DNA of 64,000 nucleotides, from the NCBI GenBank assembly GCA_964016885.1, contig OZ024743.1:135656001-135720000 (forward strand). The letters are read 5' to 3'. The DNA comes from Eledone cirrhosa (lineage: Eukaryota). Shown piece after piece: positions 36,101 through 49,240 of this stretch. The notes under the pieces are model-generated. The model had not been told where the DNA came from, searched no databases, and saw only the letters and a list, made by a program, of their open reading frames with translations. How positions within the stretch are numbered: the first letter of the stretch is position 1; each line of letters starts with the position of its first letter. Made by a program: the position numbers and the translations under genes.

Positions 36101-39100
36101 GGTGCTTGGTGCTTGGTGCTTGGTGTTTGGTGTTTGGTGTTTGGTGCTTGGTGCTTGGTGCTTGGTGTTTGGTGCTTGGTGCTTGGTGTTTGGTGCCTGG
36201 TGTTTGGTGTTTGCTGTTTGCTGTTTGGTGTTTGTTGTTTGGTGTTTGTTGTTTGGTGTTTGCTGTTTGGTGTTTCGTGTTTGCTGTTTCGTGTCTGCTT
36301 TTTGGTGTTTGGTGTTTGCTGTATGTTGTTTGCTGTTTGGTGTTTGGTGTTTGGTGTTTGGTGCTTGGTGCTTGGTGTTTGGTGCTTGGTGCTTGGTGTT
36401 TGGTGCCTGGTGCTTGGTGCTTGGTGTTTGGTGTTTGGTGTTTGGTGCTTGGTGCTTGGTGCTTGGTGTTTGGTGCTTGGTGCTTGGTGTTTGGTGCCTG
36501 GTGCTTGGTGCTTGGTGTTTGGTGTTTGGTGTTTGGTGCTTGGTGCTTGGTGCTTGGTGCTTGGTGCTTGGTGCTTGGTGTTAGGTGTTAGGTGTTTGAT
36601 GCTTGGAGTTTGCTGTTTGGTGTTTGGTGTTTGCTGTTTGGTGTTTGGTCTTTGGTGCTTGGTCTTTGGTGCTTGGTGTTTGGTGCTTGGTGCTTGGTGT
36701 TTGGTGCTTGGTGCCTGGTGCTTGTTGTTTGGTGATTGGTGCTTGGTGTTTCCTGTTTGGTGTTTGGTGTTTGGTGTTTGCTGTTTTGTGTTTGGTGCTT
36801 GGTGCTTGGTGCTTGGTGTTTGGTGCTTGGTGCTTGGTGTTTGGTGCATGGTGCTTGATGCTTGGTGTTTGTACTTGGTGCTTGGTGCATGGTGTTTTGT
36901 GCTTGATTCTTGGTGTTTGGTGCTTGGTGTTTGGTGCTTAGTGCTTGGTGTTTGGTGTTTGGTGCTTGGTGTTTGGTGCTTGGTGCTTGGTGCTTGGTGT
37001 TTGGTGTTTGGTGCTTCATGCTTGGTGCTTGGTGTTTGGTGCTTGGTGCTTAGTGTTTGGTGCTTGGTGCCTGGTGCATGGTGTTTGGTGCTTGATGCTT
37101 GGTGTTTGGTGTTTGGTGCTTGGTGTTTGGTGCTTGGTGCTTGGTGCTTGGTGTTAGGTGTTAGGTGTTTGGTGATTGGTGCTTGGTGTTTGGTGCTTGG
37201 TGCTTGATGTTTGGTGCTTGGTGCTTGGTGTTTGGTGCTTGGTGTTTGGTGCTTGGTGCTTGGTGTTTGGTGCTTGGTGCTTGGTGCTTGGTGTTTGGTG
37301 TTTGGTGTTTGGTGCTTGGTGCTTGGTGCTTGGTGTTTGGTGCTTGGTGCTTGGTGTTTGGTGCCTGGTGTTTGGTGTTTGCTGTTTGCTGTTTGGTGTT
37401 TGTTGTTTGGTGTTTGTTGTTTGGTGTTTGCTGTTTGGTGTTTCGTGTTTGCTGTTTCGTGTCTGCTTTTTGGTGTTTGGTGTTTGCTGTATGTTGTTTG
37501 CTGTTTGGTGTTTGGTGTTTGGTGTTTGGTGCTTGGTGCTTGGTGTTTGGTGCTTGGTGCTTGGTGTTTGGTGCCTGGTGCTTGGTGCTTGGTGTTTGGT
37601 GTTTGGTGTTTGGTGCTTGGTGCTTGGTGCTTGGTGTTTGGTGCTTGGTGCTTGGTGTTTGGTGCCTGGTGCTTGGTGCTTGGTGTTTGGTGTTTGGTGT
37701 TTGGTGCTTGGTGCTTGGTGCTTGGTGCTTGGTGCTTGGTGCTTGGTGTTAGGTGTTAGGTGTTTGATGCTTGGAGTTTGCTGTTTGGTGTTTGGTGTTT
37801 GCTGTTTGGTGTTTGGTCTTTGGTGCTTGGTCTTTGGTGCTTGGTGTTTGGTGCTTGGTGCTTGGTGTTTGGTGCTTGGTGCCTGGTGCTTGTTGTTTGG
37901 TGATTGGTGCTTGGTGTTTCCTGTTTGGTGTTTGGTGTTTGGTGTTTGCTGTTTTGTGTTTGGTGCTTGGTGCTTGGTGCTTGGTGTTTGGTGCTTGGTG
38001 CTTGGTTTTTGGTGCATGGTGCTTGATGCTTGGTGTTTGTACTTGGTGCTTGGTGCATGGTGTTTTGTGCTTGATTCTTGGTGTTTGGTGCTTGGTGTTT
38101 GGTGCTTAGTGCTTGGTGTTTGGTGTTTGGTGCTTGGTGTTTGGTGCTTGGTGCTTGGTGCTTGGTGTTTGGTGTTTGGTGCTTCATGCTTGGTGCTTGG
38201 TGTTTGGTGCTTGGTGCTTAGTGTTTGGTGCTTGGTGCCTGGTGCATGGTGTTTGGTGCTTGATGCTTGGTGTTTGGTGTTTGGTGCTTGGTGTTTGGTG
38301 CTTGGTACTTGGTGCTTGGTGTTAGGTGTTAGGTGTTTGGTGATTGGTGCTTGGTGTTTGGTGCTTGGTGCTTGATGTTTGGTGCTTGGTGCTTGGTGTT
38401 TGGTGCTTGGTGTTTGGTGCTTGGTACTTGGGGCTTGGTGTTTGGTGCTTGGTGCTTGGTGCTTGGTGTTTGGTGCTTGGTGCTTGGTGTTTGGTGTTTG
38501 GTGCTTGGCGTTTGGTGCTTGGTGCTTGGTGCTGGGTGGTTGGTGTTTGGTGCTTGGTGCTTGGTGTTTGGTGCTTGGTGCTTGGTGCTTGGTGTTTGGT
38601 GCTTGGCGCTTGGTGCTTGGTCTTTGGTGCTTGGTGTTTGGTGTTTGGTGCTTGGTGCTTGGTGTTTGGTGCTTGGTGATTAGTGTTTGGTGCTTGGTGC
38701 TTGGGGTTTGGTGTTTGGTGCTTGGTGCTTGGTGTTTGGTGCTTGGTGTTTGGTTTTTACTGTTTGGTGTTTGGTGTTTGCTGTTTGCTGTTTGCTGTTT
38801 GGTGTCTGCTTTTTGGTGTTTGGTGTTTGCTGTATCGTGTTTGCTGTTTCGTGTTTATTGTTTGCTGTTTGGTGTTTGGTGTTTGGTGCTTGGTGTTTCC
38901 TGTTTGGTGTTTAGTCTTTGGTGATTGGTGCTTGGTGCTTGGTGTTTGGTGTTTGGTGCTTGGTGCTTGGTGTTTGGTGCTTGGTACTTGTTTTTGGTGA
39001 TTGGTGCTTGGTGCTTGGTGTTTGCTGTTTGGTGCTTGGGGCTTGGTGTTTGGTGCTGCGTGCTTGGTGCTTGGTGCTTGGTGCTTGGTGCTTGGTGTTT

Positions 39101-42100
39101 GGTGTTTGATGATTGGTGTTTGGTGTTTGGTGTTTGGTGCTTGGTGCTTGGTGTTTGGTGTTTGATACTTGCTGCTTGATGCTTGGTGCTTGGTGCTTGG
39201 TGTTTGGTGCTTGGTGCTTGGTGTTTGGTGCTTGGTACTTGGTGTTTGGTGCTTGGTGTTTGCTGTTTGCTGTTTGGTGTTTGGTGTTTGTTGTTTGCTG
39301 TTTGGTGTCTGCTTTTTGGTGTTTGTTGTTTGCTCTATGGTGTTTGCTGTTTCATGTTTGGTGTTTGCTGTTTGGTGTTTGGTGTTTGCTGTTTGGTGTT
39401 TGGTGCTTGGTGTTTGGTGCTTGGTGCTTGGTGTTTGGTGCTAGGTGCTTCATGCTTGGTGCTTGGTGTTTGGTGTTTGGTGCTTGGTACTTGGGGCTTG
39501 GTGTTTGGTGCTTGGTGCTTCGTGCTTGGTGTTTGGTGCTTGGTGCTTGGTGTTTGGTGTTTGGTGCTTGGTGCCTGGTGCTTGTTGTTTGGTGATTGGT
39601 GCTTGGTGTTTGCTGTTTGGTGCTGCGTGCTTGGTGCTTGGTGCTTGGTGCTTGGTGCTTGGTGTTTTGTGTTTGGTGTTTGATGCTTGGTGTTTGGTGT
39701 TTGGTGCTTGGTTCTTGGTGTTTGGTGTTTGATGCTTGGTGCTTGATGCTTGGTGCTTGGTGCTTGGTGTTTGGGGCTTGGTGCTTGGTGTTTGTACTTG
39801 GTGTTTGGTGCTTGGTGTTTGGTGCTTGGTGCTTGGTGTTTGGTGCTTGGTGCTTGGTGCTTGGTGTTTGGTGTTTGGTGCTTGGTGTTTGGTGCTTGGT
39901 GCTTGGTGCTTGGTGTTAGGTGTTTGGTGCTTCATGTCTGGTGCTTGGTGTTTGGTGCTTGGTGCTTGGTGTTTGGTGCTTGGTGCCTGGTGCATGGTGT
40001 TTGTTGCTTGGTGCTTGGTGTTTGGTGTTTGGTGCTTGGTGTTTGGTGCTTGGTGCTTGGTGTTTGGTGTTTGGTGTTTGGTGCTTGCTGCTTGCTGCTT
40101 GGTGTTTGGTGCTTGGTGATTGGTGCTTGGTGTTTGGTGCTTGGTGCTTGGTGTTTGGTGCTAGGTGCTTGGTGCTTGGTGCTTGGTGTTTGGTGTTTGG
40201 TGCTTGGTACTTGGGGCTTTGTATTTGGTGCTTGGTGCTTCGTGTTTGGTGTTTGGTGCTTGGTGCTTGGTGTTTGGTGCTTGGTGTTTGGTGCTTGGTG
40301 CTTGGTGCTGTGTGGTTGGCGTTTGGTGCTTGGTGCTTGGTGTTTGGTGCTTGGTGCTTGGTGCTTGGTGTTTGGTGCTTGGTGTTTGGTGTTTGGTGCT
40401 TGGTGCTTGGTGTTTGGTGCTTGGTGCTTGGTGATTAGTGTTTGGTGCTTGGTGCTTGGGGTTTGGTGTTTGGTGCTTGGTGCTTGGTGTTTGGTGCTTG
40501 GTGCTTGGTGTTTGGTTCTTGGTGTTTGGTGTTTGCTGTTTGGTGTTTGGTGTTTGGTGTTTGTTGTTTGCTGTTTGGTGTCTGCTTTTTGGTGTTTGGT
40601 GTTTGCTGTATGGTGTTTGCTGTTTCGTGTTTATTGTTTGCTGTTTGGTGTTTGGTGTTTGGTGTTTGGTGTTTCCTGTTTGGTCTTTAGTCTTTGGTGC
40701 TTGGTGTTCGGTGCTTGGTGCTTGGTATTTGGTGTTTGGTGTTTGGTGCTTGGTGCTTGGTGTTTGGTGCTTGGTGCTTGGTGTTTGGTGTTTGGTGCTT
40801 GGTGCTTGGTGTTTGGTGTTTGCTGTTTGCTGTTTGGTGTTTGTTGTTTGGTGTTTGTTGTTTGGTGTTTTCTGTTTCGTGTCTGCTTTTTGGTGTTTGG
40901 TGTTTGCTGTATGTTGTTTGCTGTTTCCTGTTTGGTGTTTGGTGTTTGGTGTTTGGTGCTTGCTGCTTGGTGTTTGGTGCTTGGTGCTTGGTGTTTGGTG
41001 CCTGGTGCTTGGTGCTTGGTGCTTGGTGTTTGGTGTTTGGTGCTTGGTGCTTGGTGCTTGGTGTTTTGTGTTTGGTGTTTGGTTTTTGGTGCTTGGTCCT
41101 TGGTGTTTGGTGCTGGGTGCTTTGTGTTTGGTGCTTGGTGCTTGGTGTTTGGTGTTTGCTGCTTGGTGTTTGATGCTTGGTGCTTGGTGCTTGGTGTTTT
41201 GTGTTTGGTGCTTGGTGCTTGGTGTTTGGTGCTTGGTGCTTGGTGTTTGGTGCTTGGTGCTTGGTGCTTGGTGCTTGGTCCTTGGTGTTTGGTGCTGGGT
41301 GCTTGGTGTTTGATGCTTGGTGCTTGGTGTCTGGTGCTTGGTGCTTGGTGTTTGGTGCTTGGTGCTGGTTGGTTGGTGTTTGGTGCTTGGTGTTTGGTGC
41401 TGGGTGCTTGGTGTTTCGTGCTTGGTGCTTGGTCTTTGGTGCTTGGTGTTTGGTGTTTGGTGCTTGGTGCTTGGTGCTTGGTGCTTGGTGCTTGGTGTTT
41501 AGTGCTTGGTGCTTAGTGTTTGGTGTTTGCTGTTTGGTGTTTCGTGTTTGCTGTTTCGTGTCTGCTTTTTGGTGTTTGGTGTTTGCTGTATGTTGTTTGC
41601 TGTTTGGTGTTTGGTGTTTGGTGTTTGGTGCTTGGTGCTTGGTGTTTGGTGCTTGGTGCTTGGTGTTTGGTGCCTGGTGCTTGGTGCTTGGTGTTTGGTG
41701 CTTGGTGTTTGGTGCTTGGTGCTTGGTGCTTGGTGTTTGGTGCTTGGTGCTTGGTGTTTGGTGCCTGGTGTTTGGTGTTTGCTGTTTGCTGTTTGGTGTT
41801 TGTTGTTTGGTGTTTGTTGTTTGGTGTTTGCTGTTTGGTGTTTCGTGTTTGCTGTTTCGTGTCTGCTTTTTGGTGTTTGGTGTTTGCTGTATGTTGTTTG
41901 CTGTTTGGTGTTTGGTGTTTGGTGTTTGGTGCTTGGTGCTTGGTGTTTGGTGCTTGGTGCTTGGTGTTTGGTGCCTGGTGCTTGGTGCTTGGTGTTTGGT
42001 GTTTGGTGTTTGGTGCTTGGTGCTTGGTGCTTGGTGTTTGGTGCTTGGTGCTTGGTGTTTGGTGCCTGGTGCTTGGTGCTTGGTGTTTGGTGTTTGGTGT

Positions 42101-42110
42101 TTGGTGCTTG
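33130..42110 (+). repeat. Duplication with 5547-bp offset (about 33.1-36.6 kb copied at about 38.7-42.1 kb)
   Basis: ORF pairs 33136/38683, 34203/39750 and 34891/40438 are offset by 5547; both copies share the 6-nt unit TTGTTT at 33441 and 38988. Confidence 0.88.
36080..38420 (+). repeat. Tandem duplication, period 1168 bp
   Basis: ORF pairs 36603/37771, 36588/37756 and 36945/38113 are offset by 1168. Confidence 0.87.
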
Positions 42111-42759
42111 GTGCTTGGTGCTTGGTGTTTGGTGCTTGGTGCCTGGTGCTTGTTGTTTGGTGATTGGTGCTTGGTGTTTGCTGTTTGGTGCTGCGTGCTT
42201 GGTGCTTGGTGCTTGGTGCTTGGTGCTTGGTGTTTTGTGTTTGGTGTTTGATGCTTGGTGTTTGGTGTTTGATGCTTGGTGCTTGATGCTTGGTGCTTGG
42301 TGCTTGGTGTTTGGTGCTTGGTGCTTGGTGTTTGGTGCTTGGTGCTTGGTGCTTGGTGTTAGGTGTTTGGTGCTTCATGCCTGGTGCTTGGTGTTTGGTG
42401 CTTGGTGCATGGTGCTTGGTGCTTGGTGCCTGGTGCGTGGTGTTTGGTGTTTGGTGCTTGGTGTTTGGTGCTTGGTGCTTGGTGTTTGGTGCGTGGTACT
42501 TGGTGTTTGGTGTTTGGTGTTTGTTGTTTGCTGGTTGGTGTCTGCTTTTTGGTGTTTGTTGTTTGCTCTATGGTGTTTGCTGTTTCATGTTTGGTGTTTG
42601 CTGTTTGGTGTTTGGTGTTTGCTGTTTGGTGTTTGGTGCTTGGTGTTTGGTGCTTGGTGCTTGGTGTTTGGTGCTAGGTGCTTCATGCTTGGTGCTTGGT
42701 GTTTGGTGTTTGGTGCTTGGTACTTTGGGCTTGGTGTTTGGTGCTTGGTGCTTGGTGCT

Positions 42760-45700
42760 TGGTGTTTGGTGTTTGATGCTTGGTGCTTGATGCTTGGTGC
42801 TTGGTGCTTGGTGTTTGGTGCTTGGTGCTTGGTGTTTGTACTTGATGTTTGGTGCTTGGTGTTTGGAGCTTGGTGCTTGGTGTTTGGTGCTTGGTGCTTG
42901 GTGTTTGGTGTTTGGTGCTTGGTGTTTGGTGCTTGGTGCTTGGTGCTTGGTGTTAGGTGTTTGGTGCTTCATGCCTGGTGCTTGGTGTTTGGTGCTTGGT
43001 GCATGGTGCTTGGTGCTTGGTGCCTGGTGCGTGGTGTTTGGTGTTTGGTGCTTGGTGTTTGGTGCTTGGTGCTTGGTGTTTGGTGCTTGGTACTTGGTGT
43101 TTGGTGTTTGGTGTTTGTTGTTTGCTGTTTGGTGTCTGCTTTTTGGTGTTTGGTGTTTGCTCTATGGTGTTTGCTGTTTCATGTTTGGTGTTTGCTGTTT
43201 GGTGTTTGGTGTTTGCTGTTTGGTGTTTGGTGCTTGGTGTTTGGTGCTTGGTGCTTGGTGTTTGGTGCTAGGTGCTTCATGCTTGGTGCGTGGTGTTTGG
43301 TGTTTGGTGCTTGGTACTTGGGGCTTGGTGTTTGGTGCTTGGTGCTTCGTGCTTGGTGTTTGGTGCTTGGTGCTTGGTGTTTGGTGTTTGGTGCTTGGTG
43401 CCTGGTGCTTGTTGTTTGGTGATTGGTGCTTGGTGTTTGCTGTTTGGTGCTGCGTGGTTGGTGCTTGGTGCTTGGTGCTTGGTGCTTGGTGTTTTGTGTT
43501 TGGTGTTTGATGCTTGGTGTTTGGTGTTTGGTGCTTGGTTCTTGGTGTTTGGTGTTTGATGCTTGGTGCTTGATGCTTGGTGCTTGGTGCTTGGTGTTTG
43601 GTGCTTGGTGCTTGGTGTTTGTACTTGGTGTTTGGTGCTTGGTGTTTGGTGCTTGGTGCTTGGTGTTTGGTGCTTGGTGCTTGGTGCTTGGTGTTTGGTG
43701 TTTGGTGCTTGGTGTTTGGTGCTTGGTGCTTGGTGCTTGGTGTTAGGTGTTTGGTGCTTCATGTCTGGTGCTTGGTGTTTGGTGCTTGGTGCTTGGTGTT
43801 TGGTGCTTGGTGCCTGGTGCATGGTGTTTGTTGCTTGGTGCTTGGTGTTTGGTGTTTGGTGCTTGGTGTTTGGTGCTTGGTGCTTGGTGTTTGGTGTTTG
43901 GTGTTTGGTGCTTGCTGCTTGCTGCTTGGTGTTTGGTGCTTGGTGATTGGTGCTTGGTGTTTGGTGCTTGGTGCTTGGTGTTTGGTGCTAGGTGCTTGGT
44001 GCTTGGTGCTTGGTGTTTGGTGTTTGGTGCTTGGTACTTGGGGCTTTGTATTTGGTGCTTGGTGCTTCGTGTTTGGTGTTTGGTGCTTGGTGCTTGCTGT
44101 TTGGTGCTTGGTGTTTGGTGCTTGGTGCTTGGTGCTGTGTGGTTGGCGTTTGGTGCTTGGTGCTTGGTGCTTGGTGTTTGGTGCTTGGTGCTTGGTGTTT
44201 GGTGCTAGGTGCTTGGTGCTTGGTGCTTGGTGTTTGGTGTTTGGTGCTTGGTACTTGGGGCTTTGTATTTGGTGCTTGGTGCTTCGTGTTTGGTGTTTGG
44301 TGCTTGGTGCTTGCTGTTTGGTGCTTGGTGTTTGGTGCTTGGTGCTTGGTGCTGTGTGGTTGGCGTTTGGTGCTTGGTGCTTGGTGTTTGGTGCTTGGTG
44401 CTTGGTGCTTGGTGCTTGGTGTTTGGTGCTTGGTGCTTGGTGATTAGAGTTTGGTGCTTGGTGCTTGGGGTTTGGTGTTTGGTGCTTGGTGCTTGGTGTT
44501 TGGTGCTTGGTGCTTGGTGTTTGGTGCTTGGTGTTTGGTGTTTGCTGTTTGGTGTTTGGTGTTTGGTGTTTGCTGTTTGCTGTTTGGTGTCTGCTTTTTG
44601 GTGTTTGGTGTTTGCTGTATGGTGTTTGCTGTTTCGTGTTTATTGTTTGCTGTTTGGTGTTTGGTGTTTGGTGTTTGGTGTTTCCTGTTTGGTCTTTAGT
44701 CTTTGGTGCTTGGTGTTCGGTGCTTGGTGCTTGGTATTTGGTGTTTGGTGTTTGGTGCTTGGTGCTTGGTGTTTGGTGCTTGGTGCTTGGTGTTTGGTGT
44801 TTGCTGTTTGCTGTTTGGTGTTTGTTGTTTGGTGTTTGTTGTTTGGTGTTTTCTGTTTGGTGTTTGGTGTTTGCTGTTTCGTGTCTGCTTTTTGGTGTTT
44901 GGTGTTTGCTGTATGTTGTTTGCTGTTTGCTGTTTGGTGTTTGGTGTTTGGTGTTTGGTGCTTGCTGCTTGGTGTTTGGTGCTTGGTGCTTGGTGTTTGG
45001 TGCCTGGTGCTTGGTGCTTGGTGCTTGGTGTTTGGTGTTTGGTGCTTGGTGCTTGGTGCTTGGTGTTTTGTGTTTGGTGTTTGGTTTTTGGTGCTTGGTC
45101 CTTGGTGTTTGGTGCTGGGTGCTTTGTGTTTAGTGCTTGGTGCTTGGTGTTTGGTGTTTGCTGCTTGGTGTTTGATGCTTGGTGCTTGGTGCTTGGTGTT
45201 TTGTGTTTGGTGCTTGGTGCTTGGTGTTTGGTGCCTGGTGCTTGGTGCTTGGTGCTTGGTCCTTGGTGTCTGGTGCTGTGTGCTTGGTGTTTGATGCTTG
45301 GTGCTTGGTGTTTGGTGCTTGGTGCTTGGTGTTTGGTGCTTGGTGCTGGTTGGTTGGTGTTTGGTGCTTGGTGTTTGGTGCTGGGTGCTTGGTGTTTCGT
45401 GCTTGGTGCTTGGTCTTTGGTGCTTGGTGTTTGGTGTTTGGTGCTTGGTGCTTGGTGTCTGGTGCTTGGTGCTTGGTGTTTAGTGCTTGGTGCTTAGTGT
45501 TTGGTGCTAGGTGCTTGGGGTTTGGTGTTTGGTGCTTGGTGTTTGGTGCTTGGTGCTTGGTGTTTGGTGCTTGGTGTTTGGTGTTTGCTGTTTGCTGTTT
45601 GGTGTTTGTTGTTTGGTGTTTGTTGTTTGCTGTTTGCTGTTTCGTGTTTCGTGTTTGCTGTTTCGTGTCTGCTTTTTGGTGTTTGGTGTTTGCTGTATGT

Positions 45701-48700
45701 TGTTTGCTGTTTGGTGTTTGGTGCTTGGTGCTTGGTGTTTGGTGCCTGGTGCTTGGTGCTTGGTGTTTGGTGTTTGGTGTTTGGTGCTTGGTGCTTGGTG
45801 CTTGGTGTTTGGTGCTTGGTGCTTGATGTTTGGTGCCTGGTGCTTGGTGCTTGGTGTTTGGTGTTTGGTGTTTGGTGCTTGGTGCTTGGTGCTTGGTGTT
45901 TGGTGCTTGGTGCCTGGTGCTTGTTGTTTGGTGATTGGTGCTTGGTGTTTGCTGTTTGGTGCTGCGTGCTTGGTGCTTGGTGCTTGGTGCTTGGTGCTTG
46001 GTGTTTTGTGTTTGGTGTTTGATGCTTGGTGTTTGGTGTTTGGTGCTTGGTGCTTGGTGTTTGGTGTTTGATGCTTGGTGCTTGATGCTTGGTGCTTGGT
46101 GCTTGGTGTTTGGTGCTTGGTGCTTGGTGTTTGTACTTGGTGTTTGGTGCTTGGTGTTTGGAGCTTGGTGCTTGGTGTTTGGTGCTTGGTGCTTGGTGTT
46201 TGGTGTTTGGTGCTTGGTGTTTGGTGCTTGGTGCTTGGTGCTTGGTGTTAGGTGTTTGGTGCTTCATGCCTGGTGCTTGGTGTTTGGTGCTTGGTGCATG
46301 GTGCTTGGTGCTTGGTGCCTGGTGCGTGGTGTTTGGTGTTTGGTGCTTGGTGTTTGGTGCTTGGTGCTTGGTGTTTGGTGCTTGGTACTTGGTGTTTGGT
46401 GTTTGGTGTTTGTTGTTTGCTGTTTGGTGTCTGCTTTTTGGTGTTTGGTGTTTGCTCTATGGTGTTTGCTGTTTCATGTTTGGTGTTTGCTGTTTGGTGT
46501 TTGGTGTTTGCTGTTTGGTGTTTGGTGCTTGGTGTTTGGTGCTTGGTGCTTGGTGTTTGGTGCTAGGTGCTTCATGCTTGGTGCGTGGTGTTTGGTGTTT
46601 GGTGCTTGGTACTTGGGGCTTGGTGTTTGGTGCTTGGTGCTTCGTGCTTGGTGTTTGGTGCTTGGTGCTTGGTGTTTGGTGTTTGGTGCTTGGTGCCTGG
46701 TGCTTGTTGTTTGGTGATTGGTGCTTGGTGTTTGCTGTTTGGTGCTGCGTGCTTGGTGCTTGGTGCTTGATGCTTGGTGCTTGGTGTTTTGTGTTTGGTG
46801 TTTGATGCTTGGTGTTTGGTGTTTGGTGCTTGGTTCTTGGTGTTTGGTGTTTGATGCTTGGTGCTTGATGCTTGGTGCTTGGTGCTTCGTGTTTGGTGCT
46901 TGGTGCTTGGTGTTTGTACTTGGTGTTTGGTGCTTGGTGTTTGGTGCTTGGTGCTTGGTGTTTGGTGCTTGGTGCTTGGTGCTTGGTGTTTGGTGTTTGG
47001 TGCTTGGTGTTTGGTGCTTGGTGCTTGGTGCTTGGTGTTAGGTGTTTGGTGCTTCATGTCTGGTGCTTGGTGTTTGGTGCTTGGTGCTTGGTGTTTGGTG
47101 CTTGGTGCCTGGTGCATGGTGTTTGTTGCTTGGTGCTTGGTGTTTGGTGTTTGGTGCTTGGTGTTTGGTGCTTGGTGCTTGGTGTTTGGTGTTTGGTGTT
47201 TGGTGCTTGCTGCTTGCTGCTTGGTGTTTGGTGCTTGGTGATTGGTGCTTGGTGTTTGGTGCTTGGTGCTTGGTGTTTGGTGCTAGGTGCTTGGTGCTTG
47301 GTGCTTGGTGTTTGGTGTTTGGTGCTTGGTACTTGGGGCTTTGTATTTGGTGCTTGGTGCTTCGTGTTTGGTGTTTGGTGCTTGGTGCTTGGTGTTTGGT
47401 GCTTGGTGTTTGGTGCTTGGTGCTTGGTGCTGTGTGGTTGGCGTTTGGTGCTTGGTGCTTGGTGTTTGGTGCTTGGTGCTTGGTGCTTGGTGTTTGGTGC
47501 TTGGTGTTTGGTGTTTGGTGCTTGGTGCTTGGTGTTTGGTGCTTGGTGCTTGGTGATTAGAGTTTGGTGCTTGGTGCTTGGGGTTTGGTGTTTGGTGCTT
47601 GGTGCTTGGTGTTTGGTGCTTGGTGCTTGGTGTTTGGTGCTTGGTGTTTGGTGTTTGCTGTTTGGTGTTTGGTGTTTGGTGTTTGCTGTTTGCTGTTTGG
47701 TGTCTGCTTTTTGGTGTTTGGTGTTTGCTGTATGGTGTTTGCTGTTTCGTGTTTATTGTTTGCTGTTTGGTGTTTGGTGTTTGGTGTTTGGTGTTTCCTG
47801 TTTGGTCTTTAGTCTTTGGTGCTTGGTGTTCGGTGCTTGGTGCTTGGTATTTGGTGTTTGGTGTTTGGTGCTTGGTGCTTGGTGTTTGGTGTTTGGTGCT
47901 TGGTGCTTGGTGTTTGGTGTTTGCTGTTTGCTGTTTGGTGTTTGTTGTTTGGTGTTTGTTGTTTGGTGTTTTCTGTTTGGTGTTTGGTGTTTGCTGTTTC
48001 GTGTCTGCTTTTTGGTGTTTGGTGTTTGCTGTATGTTGTTTGCTGTTTGCTGTTTGCTGTTTGGTGTTTGGTGTTTGGTGCTTGCTGCTTGGTGTTTGGT
48101 GCTTGGTGCTTGGTGTTTGGTGCCTGGTGCTTGGTGCTTGGTGCTTGGTGTTTGGTGTTTGGTGCTTGGTGCTTGGTGCTTGGTGTTTTGTGTTTGGTGT
48201 TTGGTTTTTGGTGCTTGGTCCTTGGTGTTTGGTGCTGGGTGCTTTGTGTTTGGTGCTTGGTGCTTGGTGTTTGGTGTTTGCTGCTTGGTGTTTGATGCTT
48301 GGTGCTTGGTGCTTGGTGTTTTGTGTTTGGTGCTTGGTGCTTGGTGTTTGGTGCTTGGTGCTTGGTGTTTGGTGCCTGGTGCTTGGTGCTTGGTGCTTGG
48401 TCCTTGGTGTTTGGTGCTGGGTGCTTGGTGTTTGATGCTTGGTGCTTGGTGTTTGGTGCTTGGTGCTTGGTGTTTGGTGCTTGGTGCTGGTTGGTTGGTG
48501 TTTGGTGCTTGGTGTTTGGTGCTGGGTGCTTGGTGTTTCGTGCTTGGTGCTTGGTCTTTGGTGCTTGGTGTTTGGTGTTTGGTGCTTGGTGCTTGGTGTT
48601 TGGTGCTTGGTGCTTGGTGTTTAGTGCTTGGTGCTTAGTGTTTGGTGCTAGGTGCTTGGGGTTTGGTGTTTGGTGCTTGGTGTTTGGTGCTTGGTGCTTG

Positions 48701-49240
48701 GTGTTTGGTGCTTGGTGTTTGGTGTTTGCTGTTTGCTGTTTGGTGTTTGTTGTTTGGTGTTTGTTGTTTGGTGTTTGCTGTTTGGTGTTTCGTGTTTGCT
48801 GTTTCGTGTCTGCTTTTTGGTGTTTGGTGTTTGCTGTATGTTGTTTGCTGTTTGGTGTTTGGTGTTTGGTGTTTGGTGCTTGGTGCTTGGTGTTTGGTGC
48901 TTGGTGCTTGGTGTTTGGTGCCTGGTGCTTGGTGCTTGGTGTTTGGTGTTTGGTGTTTGGTGCTTGGTGCTTGGTGCTTGGTGTTTGGTGCTTGGTGCTT
49001 GATGTTTGGTGCCTGGTGCTTGGTGCTTGGTGTTCGGTATTTGGTGTTTGGTGCTTGGTGCTTGGTGCTTGGTGTTTGGTGCTTGGTGCCTGGTGCTTGT
49101 TGTTTGGTGATTGGTGCTTGGTGTTTGCTGTTTGGTGCTGCGTGCTTGGTGCTTGGTGCTTGGTGCCTGGTGCTTGGTGTTTTGTGTTTGGTGTTTGATG
49201 CTTGGTGTTTGGTGTTTGGTGCTTGGTGCTTGGTGTTTGG
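42760..49240 (+). repeat. Tandem duplication, period ~3.1-3.3 kb
   Basis: ORF pairs 42794/46089 and 43577/46872 (3295), 44451/47564 (3113) and 45298/48439 (3141); marker GATTAGAGTT seen only at 44442 and 47555. Confidence 0.85.
43950..44385 (+). repeat. Local tandem duplication, period 217 bp (31 monomers)
   Basis: ORF starts 43992/44209; CTGTGTGGTTGGCG at 44135 and 44352; GCTTTGTATT is repeated at the same spacing. Confidence 0.85.
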
